DNA of 64,000 nt from Bdellovibrionales bacterium (GTDB lineage Bacteria > Bdellovibrionota > Bdellovibrionia > Bdellovibrionales > UBA1609): assembly GCA_965200875.1 (NCBI GenBank), contig OZ241456.1:288001-352000 (forward strand). The letters run 5' to 3'. The translations under genes were made by a program, and so were the position numbers. The notes under the pieces were generated by a model. That model had not been told where the DNA came from and did no database searches. It saw nothing but the letters and a program-made list of their open reading frames with translations. Position 1 is the first letter of the stretch. Each line of letters opens with the position of its first letter. Positions 1 to 8,905 of the stretch are shown here, piece after piece.

Positions 1-130
1 CCCAATTTTGAGCCACTTCTTGGCTGGAAAACTTCCTCTCCACTTTAAAATTGTCCAAGCCTGAAAATTCATTTTTCAATTCCTTTTCGCGTCTTTCTGG
101 ATCACTTGTAATTCCATATCTTTTTTTCAT
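1..130 (-). CDS. Small GIY-YIG-like protein, truncated by window edge (not in ORF track)
   Basis: Minus strand ATG at 130 after an AAGGAGG RBS reads MKKRYGITSDPERREKELKNEFSGLDNFKVERKFSSQEVAQNW, open to the edge; resembles 475..696. Confidence 0.7.
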   Translation of the reverse strand, partial: MKKRYGITSDPERREKELKNEFSGLDNFKVERKFSSQEVAQNW

Positions 131-474
131 AAAAATCCTCCTTTCTGTGGATTTCTCCTATAATTCATATAGTGTGGTCATTTTCTGAAAAAGCAAGTCG
201 CCAGTTTCATTTTTTTTTAAAAGTTGGGATATTATTTTGGAATAAACAAAGAAATACCAACTTCCAAGGTTGAAGTCGCTCAGAAAGCCAGTTTCAATAT
301 CTTTCATTCAGCTTTAAAAAGCAGGATATAGTTCTATGCTTCATAAGCCTAGGGTTTTATTTTTGTAGTGTTTTCCGCGTCTTTTCCTGAAAAAAAAGTG
401 TCTCATTCGGTGTTATGACTTGTAAGTTTTTTTTTCCAATCGTATAATATGAGCGACATTATAAGGAGTAGCTT

Positions 475-696
475 ATGAAATATGTCGGTATGACTTCCCG
501 TAATCCTTACATAAGGAAACAGGAATGGGAGAATGAAGGTCGGCGTGTGTCAAACTTTGTGATTATTCAAATAGGCTTAACTTATAGTGAGGCTCAAAAA
601 TTAGAAAACGAGTATAAAATACATGGTTATCAGGCTGAACCTGGCGGGCCTGTAGTCCACGGTGCGGTCTACTCTATTTATACTTACGAGTATTAA
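475..696 (+). CDS. Small GIY-YIG-like hypothetical protein (73 aa)
   Basis: AAGGAG RBS; YVGMTSRNPYIRKQEW and EAQKLE resemble the GIY-YIG YxGxT..R and catalytic E elements. Confidence 0.6.
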   Translation: MKYVGMTSRNPYIRKQEWENEGRRVSNFVIIQIGLTYSEAQKLENEYKIHGYQAEPGGPVVHGAVYSIYTYEY

Positions 697-713
697 ACTT
701 ATGGGAAGTTTAT

Positions 714-920
714 ATGACAATAACTTTGGATTTTAATTTATTTACCGGTTTACTTACTCTGATTTTTTCTGTCGGTATCTTTTTATTTGCTTTTCAAACA
801 TTTCTTTTAAAAGGTGTTGAGGCAATGTTAGAGGTAAAGTTTAAGCGTAATAAAGAGGAAATGGTGAAGATTTTATCTGAGGATTCGGATAAAAAATATC
901 AAGAGAGCAAAAAAATTTAG
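714..920 (+). CDS. Small membrane protein, one TM helix plus charged tail
   Basis: ORF directly after 475..696; hydrophobic N-terminal half. Confidence 0.55.
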   Translation: MTITLDFNLFTGLLTLIFSVGIFLFAFQTFLLKGVEAMLEVKFKRNKEEMVKILSEDSDKKYQESKKI

Positions 921-1231
921 CTAAAGTAAAGGTTGCACAAAAGTATAATACAACCGCTTTACAGCTATTGTCTAATGATATGAGACAAGTAAAAGAAAAA
1001 ATGAGGCTTAAAAAAAATCTGAAGCTTAGTGAATAGTGTGATAAAAATTTCTTTTTGAAAATTTAAATAATCGTTTTGACAGGCTATATGAATTGTTTTT
1101 GAAGGATAAAAAAATAAGTGATATCTTCTTTAATATTTCGTCTTCGAAATCAAGGTACAATATCAAAAACAAAGCTCTTTTATGGTGTTGTTTTTAAGTG
1201 TAGACATAAGAGCTTTTGAAATGAGAAAATC

Positions 1232-1642
1232 ATGAATACTTCTTTTCATTTAGCGATTGCAGTCAGTGATCTGAAAAAAGCCAAAGAGTTTTACGGAGGT
1301 CTTCTGGGTGCAAAGGAAATGCGTTCTGGTTCCTTATGGGTGGATTTTAACTTCTTTGGTCATCAGCTGACTTGCCACCAGATTGAAAACAAAAAAAAGG
1401 AAGAGGCTTATTTCAACCCAGTGGATAACATACAAATTCCTATTCCTCATTTTGGAGTGATTCTTCCTCTTCAGGAGTTTGAACATATTGAGGAGAGGCT
1501 TGGAAAACACAATATTTCTTTTTTTATAGAACCACAAATTCGATTTAAAAATCAATCCGGTGAACAGAAAACCATGTTTTTTAAAGATCCTTTCGAACAC
1601 TTTATAGAAATCAAAAGCTTCAAAAAAGGAAAAGAATATTAA
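1232..1642 (+). CDS. VOC/glyoxalase family protein
   Basis: FHLAIAVSDL..AKEFY, WVDFNFFGHQL, PHFGVIL, QKTMFFKDP..IEIK motifs. Confidence 0.9.
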   Translation: MNTSFHLAIAVSDLKKAKEFYGGLLGAKEMRSGSLWVDFNFFGHQLTCHQIENKKKEEAYFNPVDNIQIPIPHFGVILPLQEFEHIEERLGKHNISFFIEPQIRFKNQSGEQKTMFFKDPFEHFIEIKSFKKGKEY

Positions 1643-1670
1643 CCGGCTTTGAGGTGAGGCATGAGCTACT

Positions 1671-1775
1671 CCAAGTTCGGATTTTAGCATGTCACAGCTT
1701 TGGAAAACCCGCGTGCGTGAAGAAACCCCTGCGTATGTGGAAAATCCGCGTGCGTGAAACTTCCGTATGTTTTCG
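1671..1775. repeat. Degenerate copy of dispersed structured repeat family A, with internal tandem duplication
   Basis: AGTTCGGATTTTAGCA..TGGAAAACCCGCGTGCGTG..CGTATGTTTTC resembles 12090-12182 and rc of 27275-27386; TGGAAAAYCCGCGTGCGTGAA occurs at 1701 and 1738. Confidence 0.5.
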
Positions 1776-1798
1776 TCAATACCATTAAAGTTAATCTT

Positions 1799-4700
1799 TT
1801 ATTCCGTTGGCAACATGGGTGGTAAACTGGATTGCAAATCACTCCATTGCGTAAAAATATTTTTAAATATGAGGGCTTCCTGGTCAATGTAATTTGCCAT
1901 ATTGGAATCTTTTATTACACTTTTATTCAATACATTACTGATGGTGGAGCTTAATATATTTACTATGTTGGCCGATTGTCTCAACTTGGCGATTATGGCT
2001 TCACTTTCTTCAGTTTTGTTCTCGAGGAGCTGTGTTAAGGAAGCCATTTCATTTTTGTATTCCATTTTCGCCAGAATAAGAAGCTCTCTGGTTTGTAGTT
2101 TTTTTGCCTCCAATTCCGCCAGTTTTATAATAACTTTCTCCAAGTCCAAATAAAGAGCGTTTACACCTAAGGCAGGTCTTCTACCTTGAGAGTGTGGTCC
2201 ATAAAGAGCAATAACAGCTTCCTTAAAGTCCCTTATGTTTCTTTCTCCTAATTCACCATTTTCTATGGCAGTAATGGTTTTTCTTCTAAGAATGCGTCTA
2301 TCTTGCACATACCTCGAAAATAAATCTGAGAAACGGTTAATAACTTCTTGGTGTTCCTGAAGGAGATGATCCGCTGTTTCCTTTTGAGCTGAAACATTCC
2401 TGTTGGCTGGAGAGGAAGAATCATTATTCGCATCTGATTTCACAGTTTCTGAGGCTTTTTCTGAGGAGGCGTCCTTTAATATCTCCACTGCTATTTTATC
2501 AAATAGCTGTTCCATTTCCCATTGAACCTTTGACAACTCTTCCAACTTGAGTCGGCTCTCTTGATATTCGTTTCTCAAAGAGAGAAGAGGAGTATCAGAA
2601 GATGCTACTATTGCCAAAGCTTCTTTAATGGTTTTTATATAACTTCTGACTTTGTTGAGTAATGTTTTATGTTCCGCTCTTAACTGTTTCTCTTCCGCTT
2701 GAAGTTTTGACAATTCCCTTGTAAGCTTTTTTATGAGCTGAACATTGTCAGTCAAAGATCTGTGAATGTTTTCCACTCTTTTTTCCTTTTTGCCCTCAGG
2801 AATCAGATTCTTTTGCCTCAGCCTTGCCAGATTTGGTACATATTGTCCATTGATAATGTCTTGGATTTCAAAATACCTTTCCAGAAGTGGGGTCAATTTG
2901 TCTGTTATCTTTTTGGGAAGATTTTCTCTATGAGATATAATGTTCAAAGCTGCATTCAGATTTGTTGCAGAAAATATTGCTCTCCTGAGGGGGGATATTT
3001 TCTGATTTTCCGAGTTGTTGGAGCGTATTATCTGATCAGGCCAAACTTTCCTGTATTTTTCCTTTATTTCTCGGGCCTTATTAGTAATTGCTTCAAAATC
3101 TTTTGTTGAAGAGGCTTGTAATAATAAGGATTGCAGGTTTAGCAAATCATTTTTAAGAGTTATGCTATTAATCTTTAAAATAGACACTTCTATAATATGT
3201 TTCATTTCTGATTTCAAAGCTGACAAATACTCTCTGTTATTTTCCATGAGCAGATTCTCAGTTTTTATTCCTTCTAAAAAATAAAATACTCGAATTTGAG
3301 CCGTGTTGTAAGGTTGTATAATATCTCTCACTTTGTTTTGGATTTCCTTGTTTTCATTAAGAAAATTTTTCACATTGACAGTTTTGCTTTCCTTAAAAAC
3401 TTTAGCATCTTTTAAAAAATCCCGGAAAGCCATATTATTTGCAAACTCCTGTACAATATGGATATAATTTGGAATGAGATCCTTATTTTTACTCAGAACC
3501 GGAGTGTTTTTTTGTGTATTAATAAATGTCTGAATATTGGAGATAATCTCTGGTTCCAATCGTTTGAAAGCAGGGTTGTTTGTTAAAGAAAGTTCTATCG
3601 TTTCCACGAGTCGCATCCAATTTAATTCTTTAAGAATAGTCTCTTTGGAGGCAGAGTTGATAGCAGATTGTGTTAATTCTTGGATAATAAAATCTTTAAT
3701 ATCGCCTATCCGAAGTTGCTCCGCAATAAAATCACTGGCTTTTATAAAATTAATGGGTTTTTTTGAGTGTGGATCCAAATAATCCCCCAGTAGATGTCCT
3801 ACTTCTTTGGCCGGACCATTTTTATCTTTTAAATGAGGAGCTTTTTCCAAATAGTGGGTTTGCATATTCTCTTGTCTCCTATATACCCCATATTGAGATT
3901 CATACCCTATATATACTAAAAGATCAGATATACCCACTATCATTTGACCCGGTATCCATTGTCTTCCTCTGTGTGAAGGAAGAGTCTGATCAAGTTGCAT
4001 TAAATTTAACATGGCGACAAATCCTCCAAGAGGGCTTATTTTTCCTTCTCCGATTATATTCCGATGAACCTGTTGTTCCACTTCCGCGCTTTCATGAAAT
4101 CTATTCTGATAAACTTCTTCACGTATTTTATGAAGGGCCTGTAGCTTTTCATGAGGGGATTTTCCCGGAGCAGGATCCACTGCGGTGGACATTATCAAAG
4201 CCCCTTTTAAATTATTATGGAAAGAAAATTCATTATTTGGACGATCTGTCATCATTCTAAGCTGATCTGCAAAAACAGAACCGTAACTATGGCCCCAAAC
4301 AAACAAAGGAACATTTGGAGGAATAAACTTTTTGGCGAAATTACCTAAAATTTTAATTTCAGTCTCGAAATTCACTAATTTTCGATGCCCCTGATTGTGC
4401 CAAGGTAAGTCAATAGCCACCACATCAACTTGTAGATCACTGAAATGATTAATCATAGTTCTTGCTACATGAGCACCTGTGGTTCTTGTACCTCCTCCAT
4501 GTAAAAACAAAATTGCCGCCCGGGCTTTTGATCCCACAAGCCAGTTTTTCTCCCCTTTCATATTATCCAATATTGCTCTCCGGCTGAAGACCACATTTGT
4601 GGCAAAAGATGCTCCTTCGTGTGTATAATGTGCTCGGGCTATTAAAGAGGCTCCTGGTTCATCAAATTTAATAACAACTGGGGAGCTGGGTTCGTATTGT

Positions 4701-4987
4701 TGATATTTGAGAAAGTGAACACCGTCTGGAAGAAAAGCTTTTAATAACTGGGGAGTTTCTGGTTCTTCATTCCAATATTTTTCCCTACTTCTGTCTATTT
4801 TAGGATCTGTACTTGTAGGTTGGAATTTTTCACTGTCTGCTCTCCTTTCAGCTTGTCTTAATTCGTAATCCAACCTAGAGCCTTTAATAAAAGCCTTCAC
4901 ACACTCTATTCCAGGAGCGGAAAAACTAACAAATAAACAAACAAACAAAATAATACTGTGGAAAAACACACGAAAACCAGAAGACAT
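1799..4987 (-). CDS. Large secreted alpha/beta-hydrolase with coiled-coil C-terminal half (1062 aa)
   Basis: Signal peptide; LFLHGGG, AIDLPWH and nucleophile elbow WGHSYG; long helical C-terminus. Confidence 0.8.
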   Translation of the reverse strand: MSSGFRVFFHSIILFVCLFVSFSAPGIECVKAFIKGSRLDYELRQAERRADSEKFQPTSTDPKIDRSREKYWNEEPETPQLLKAFLPDGVHFLKYQQYEPSSPVVIKFDEPGASLIARAHYTHEGASFATNVVFSRRAILDNMKGEKNWLVGSKARAAILFLHGGGTRTTGAHVARTMINHFSDLQVDVVAIDLPWHNQGHRKLVNFETEIKILGNFAKKFIPPNVPLFVWGHSYGSVFADQLRMMTDRPNNEFSFHNNLKGALIMSTAVDPAPGKSPHEKLQALHKIREEVYQNRFHESAEVEQQVHRNIIGEGKISPLGGFVAMLNLMQLDQTLPSHRGRQWIPGQMIVGISDLLVYIGYESQYGVYRRQENMQTHYLEKAPHLKDKNGPAKEVGHLLGDYLDPHSKKPINFIKASDFIAEQLRIGDIKDFIIQELTQSAINSASKETILKELNWMRLVETIELSLTNNPAFKRLEPEIISNIQTFINTQKNTPVLSKNKDLIPNYIHIVQEFANNMAFRDFLKDAKVFKESKTVNVKNFLNENKEIQNKVRDIIQPYNTAQIRVFYFLEGIKTENLLMENNREYLSALKSEMKHIIEVSILKINSITLKNDLLNLQSLLLQASSTKDFEAITNKAREIKEKYRKVWPDQIIRSNNSENQKISPLRRAIFSATNLNAALNIISHRENLPKKITDKLTPLLERYFEIQDIINGQYVPNLARLRQKNLIPEGKKEKRVENIHRSLTDNVQLIKKLTRELSKLQAEEKQLRAEHKTLLNKVRSYIKTIKEALAIVASSDTPLLSLRNEYQESRLKLEELSKVQWEMEQLFDKIAVEILKDASSEKASETVKSDANNDSSSPANRNVSAQKETADHLLQEHQEVINRFSDLFSRYVQDRRILRRKTITAIENGELGERNIRDFKEAVIALYGPHSQGRRPALGVNALYLDLEKVIIKLAELEAKKLQTRELLILAKMEYKNEMASLTQLLENKTEESEAIIAKLRQSANIVNILSSTISNVLNKSVIKDSNMANYIDQEALIFKNIFTQWSDLQSSLPPMLPTE

Positions 4988-5393
4988 GTAAAACTCCTTT
5001 TTTTTAAGTAATTTTTGTTAATCCCTGTTATTATCAGTTTTTCCTGTTTTTTTGCGTAATCGCAACAAAAAGCCGGAAGTGTGACTTTAAGAGGCAAGGT
5101 GGTAAAATTTTCAGTTTCCAGCTCAGAAGAACACTTAAAGCAATAAAAAATTCCGATAAACCAAAAGCTTTTTAAGACTATAGCAAAAGAAAAACCTTTC
5201 TGCTATTTTTTATCTTTAAAAAGAAATTATTGCATTACACTTATGTAAAAATTACAAATGATTTCTGTATTGATTTTAAATCAATCGTCACTCGATCAAT
5301 TTTTTAAAATATATATTATTTTTAATAAGTCTTTGATTTTAATACAATTTTATAACTTTTTTTTCCAGTCTTGGAAGGGTTTTGGCGTCATTA

Positions 5394-5409
5394 TGGCACG
5401 GATTTTGCT
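5394..5409 (+). promoter_or_regulatory. Sigma-54 (-24/-12) promoter upstream of dprA
   Basis: TGGCACGGATTTTGCT matches TGGCAC-N5-TTGCW, 45 nt before the ATG, which has an AAGGAG RBS. Confidence 0.7.
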
Positions 5410-5454
5410 TATACAATTTAAAAAAATCAGAATTAAAACAAAGGAGTATTATAT

Positions 5455-6372
5455 ATGGAGTCTTGGATAGAATATCTCGCTTTTTTAAGCTGGCAATACC
5501 AACCTCTTGATTTAGAAGACTTTAAAAAAGTTTTTCAAAACCAAGAAAAGATACATTCCATTGACCAAATCAAAAATTATGTGTCCCATCCAAAAACCAG
5601 ACATTATTTGCAAAATAAAAAACATTGGTGGAAAGACATGGAAAAAATCAAAAAAGAGCTTACAGCATGCCATGTAAAAACCACTTGGCCTTTTCACCCG
5701 GATTACCCTCTTCAGCTTTTAGAAATGGAAAAACCTCCGCTTATGATCAGCTGGAGAGGAACAAATTGTTGGAAAAACCACTTTCTTTTTTCCATAGTGG
5801 GTAGCAGAAATCCATATGAGGACACTTTAACATGGATGGATATACATTTGAGTGGGTTTTTAAAAAGCCGGAAAGAAAAAGTATGTGTCATGAGTGGAGG
5901 AGCCAGAGGAGTGGACCAAAAGGCGCATGCTTTATCTTTGGCCATCCAAAAACCAACTCTTTGCTTCCTTCCTTGTGGAATAAAACAATATTACCCAACA
6001 GATTTAAAAAAATGGGAAAAACCTCTCCTAGACGGAGGGGGAGCTTTTATAAGTATTTTTCCGCCAAAGTCTTATACGCAAAAACCTCATTTTCATGCCC
6101 GAAACAAAATGCTTGCGTTCTTGTCTCATCTGATACTTATAGCCCAGGCTCAATTCCGAAGCGGAACGATGGTCACTGCCCGCTACGCCCTTGATGCCGG
6201 CACTCCACTTGCTGTGTTGCCAGGAAGCCCTTTATACGCAGGATACAAAGGTAATTTAAGTCTTATTAACGATGGTTGTTTTATGATTCGGGACCATCTG
6301 GATATGGAAACTCTTTTCCAATCCTGTAAAATAAATATTTCCAAAGAGCCGGAAATGTGTAAATTGTTTTAA
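5455..6372 (+). CDS. dprA: DNA-processing protein DprA
   Basis: YPLQL..PP, SIVGSR, SGGARGVDQKAH, FHARN, SGTMVTARYA, GNLSLINDG. Confidence 0.92.
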   Translation: MESWIEYLAFLSWQYQPLDLEDFKKVFQNQEKIHSIDQIKNYVSHPKTRHYLQNKKHWWKDMEKIKKELTACHVKTTWPFHPDYPLQLLEMEKPPLMISWRGTNCWKNHFLFSIVGSRNPYEDTLTWMDIHLSGFLKSRKEKVCVMSGGARGVDQKAHALSLAIQKPTLCFLPCGIKQYYPTDLKKWEKPLLDGGGAFISIFPPKSYTQKPHFHARNKMLAFLSHLILIAQAQFRSGTMVTARYALDAGTPLAVLPGSPLYAGYKGNLSLINDGCFMIRDHLDMETLFQSCKINISKEPEMCKLF

Positions 6373-6384
6373 CCTCCATTTATT

Positions 6385-7464
6385 TTAATATAGGCGATCT
6401 TGTCTCGCCCATAGTACATGATCAGCTATCACCAACCAAGCCATAGCCTCTGCCACAGCCCCTGCACGCGGAACAATACAGGGATCATGCCTGCCTTTTT
6501 TTGCAACCTTCAGAACAGAAGCAGGAGGTTTGAATTTCAGCTGAAGAATAATTTTTTCGCCTGTGGAAATGCCTCCTCTGATACCTCCGTAGAGAGAGGC
6601 TTTTTTTAAGCCGTGTAAATGACTACCTTCCTCCCGACTTATATCCCTTTGAAGGAAAGGGGAATGCTTTTCAGTGGTATTAAAACCCCCGGTGGATTTA
6701 TCCCCTAAAGACACTTCATAGCAGGCACCGATACTCATAAACGCAAAAGCCATATCTGACTTTAATTTTTGAAAAACTGGTTGTCCTAATCCCTCTGGAG
6801 GAGAGGAAATCTCCACTTGAAGTGCCCCCCCATAACTCAAGCCTTCCGCTTTTTTTTGAATTAAAAAAGTTTCCACTTCTTTTGTTTTTTCCCCAAACCA
6901 GTTTTCCGGATCCCATGTCTGATTCAAAGAGGGAGAATCATCAGCCTTTCTGGAAAATGGCCCAATTTGTATAGGAAACACATTGATTCTCAAATCCTTG
7001 TATAAACTTTTTAAAAACATTTCTGCTATAGCCCCCCCCATCACTCGGGCTGTTGTTTCTCTGCCGGAAGCGCGTCCGCCACCTCGATAGTCTGCATGTC
7101 CAAATTTTTTTTTCCATACATCATCTGCATGTCCTGGTCTGGGTTTTTTTTTAATACTTAGATAATCTTCAGACTTGCAATCTGTGTTTCGCACCAACAA
7201 AACTAAAGGAGTTCCCAGGGTGCGACCCTCAAATACTCCGCTTAAAAGTTCTGGTTCATCCTTTTCCTTTCTTGCTGACATCCAAGGAAATTGTCCTGGC
7301 CTGCGACGATGAAGGCGAGCTTTGATTAACTCCCAGGAAAACAGCACCCCTGCAGGACAGCCCTCTACCGCCACTCCTAGAGCCGGGCCATGACTTTCTC
7401 CAAAAGTTAGTATTTGAAAGTGAGTTCCAAAAATATTTGCGCCCATATATTTTTTATAACTCAT
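6385..7464 (-). CDS. aroC: Chorismate synthase
   Basis: TFGESHG, PRPGHAD, RGGGRASGRET, GGISTG, GRHDPCIVPRA. Confidence 0.97.
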   Translation of the reverse strand: MSYKKYMGANIFGTHFQILTFGESHGPALGVAVEGCPAGVLFSWELIKARLHRRRPGQFPWMSARKEKDEPELLSGVFEGRTLGTPLVLLVRNTDCKSEDYLSIKKKPRPGHADDVWKKKFGHADYRGGGRASGRETTARVMGGAIAEMFLKSLYKDLRINVFPIQIGPFSRKADDSPSLNQTWDPENWFGEKTKEVETFLIQKKAEGLSYGGALQVEISSPPEGLGQPVFQKLKSDMAFAFMSIGACYEVSLGDKSTGGFNTTEKHSPFLQRDISREEGSHLHGLKKASLYGGIRGGISTGEKIILQLKFKPPASVLKVAKKGRHDPCIVPRAGAVAEAMAWLVIADHVLWARQDRLY

Positions 7465-7540
7465 TCAAAGAAAAAATCCAGGTTTTTCAGAAATCTGTCA
7501 GTAGCTCAAAAATTCCCTAATATTTAAAATCTAGGGGCAC

Positions 7541-8695
7541 TTACCGGAATGCTCTCTGACAACGGTTTTTCAAAGAGTGTGCAAATTTGGTTAAAAGAGA
7601 TTTTTTTTGAGGCTTGTAAAAAGAAAATATTGATAAAATTTCTGTCGCTTTAAACCTTATATATTTGGAATTGGTATTATCATACACAATATACTTTAAA
7701 GTATCAAAAACAGCCTGTGTTTGAAAAGAGGGATTTTGCGCTATTCGCATAAAAGAATTTATAGCATTTCTTCGCAAAGCCTTGTGCTCTTTTTTATCAT
7801 AAATTATATGTTTTAGGCTTTTTATCACGGAGAGGGAAGTTGTATGATGTTGACTGATTTCTCTAATAACAGCTTCTGCCGAAAGTCTTATTGAATAATT
7901 CTCTTTTTTGTCCAATAAAATTTTCAAAAACCAGTTTACGCGCTCAGGAGAAATAAGAAAGTGTTTTGCTCCAAAATGAAAAATTTTAAGGACAGTTTTT
8001 CTTAACTGTTCATCTTCTTTTTTATCAACCACAATTTGTCCTATATTGTCTATCACGGAATCCGGTAAAGGAGAGAGTTTTGCCCACTCTACCAGAGGAT
8101 ACACTGCTTCTTTTCTGATCTCCAAGTGTTCCTTTTTATCAGATATGATCTTTACAAGGGTATGTACTTTGACAGTGGAAGGAAAGTATTTTTGTATCTG
8201 TTCTTTTAAAATTTTCATCAGGGTTAATCGAACATGGTGAGATCTGCTGTAATCCTGCAATATTATCTCTATTTTGGATATTATGTTTTCAGGCATTGGG
8301 CTCCATTTTGTGGCTTCCTTCAAGGCTCTCACGGAAAGCTCCTGGAAAAAATCATCTCCTCGGTTGATAATATAAATTAACAGGTTTATAATGGCATCCG
8401 GCAAAGGTTTTTCTTTGGCAATTTTTCGTAAACTTCTTAGGGCTTTTTCCTTTTCTTTCATGGGATTATTTTGATTGAGCACAGATTCCAGATAACTTGT
8501 TTGTTCTAGGGCAAGCTCCCCTGCTAGAAAGTCAGCCGGGCCTATGGGAACTTCAGGATTTTTTTCTCCAGAGAAAGGAAAGACGAAAAGTTCTTTCGCA
8601 CTTTCTTCTCCCGGAAGAGTTTGTGCGTAAGCGGTGTTTGCGTCCGTTAAAAAAGAAAAAATCATCAAATAAAAAATACCAGTTAAAAAACTCAT
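7541..8695 (-). CDS. Secreted HEAT/ARM-like repeat protein inserted in the aro cluster
   Basis: Signal peptide (AYA-Q); ~40-aa helical repeats with I..DKKE...R..A; ends CQRAFR. Confidence 0.7.
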   Translation of the reverse strand: MSFLTGIFYLMIFSFLTDANTAYAQTLPGEESAKELFVFPFSGEKNPEVPIGPADFLAGELALEQTSYLESVLNQNNPMKEKEKALRSLRKIAKEKPLPDAIINLLIYIINRGDDFFQELSVRALKEATKWSPMPENIISKIEIILQDYSRSHHVRLTLMKILKEQIQKYFPSTVKVHTLVKIISDKKEHLEIRKEAVYPLVEWAKLSPLPDSVIDNIGQIVVDKKEDEQLRKTVLKIFHFGAKHFLISPERVNWFLKILLDKKENYSIRLSAEAVIREISQHHTTSLSVIKSLKHIIYDKKEHKALRRNAINSFMRIAQNPSFQTQAVFDTLKYIVYDNTNSKYIRFKATEILSIFSFYKPQKKSLLTKFAHSLKNRCQRAFR

Positions 8696-8905
8696 CTTTT
8701 TTTTACAGTTTAAAACTTTTCAGTTCATCAGAGTGGGAGTGCGGAAGGCACCCTCTTTTCTCTGGCAAGAGCCTGAATCTTCAGGCAGGTCTTTTATTTG
8801 TGCACAAAAATCAACATAATACAAGAACCATTTTAAGTGTGTATGGTTTTGATACACTTACATGTATAAGCCAAACATATTGGCCCGGCAAAGTTTAGTG
8901 GTTTT

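Noticed and set aside
5146..5159. TCCGATAA as a sigma-28 promoter
   Set aside because: The nearest TAAAG is spaced 12 nt rather than 15
8705..8735. CTGATGA on the minus strand as a hammerhead ribozyme core
   Set aside because: The hairpin that follows is not followed by the required GAAA, and stems I/III are not evident
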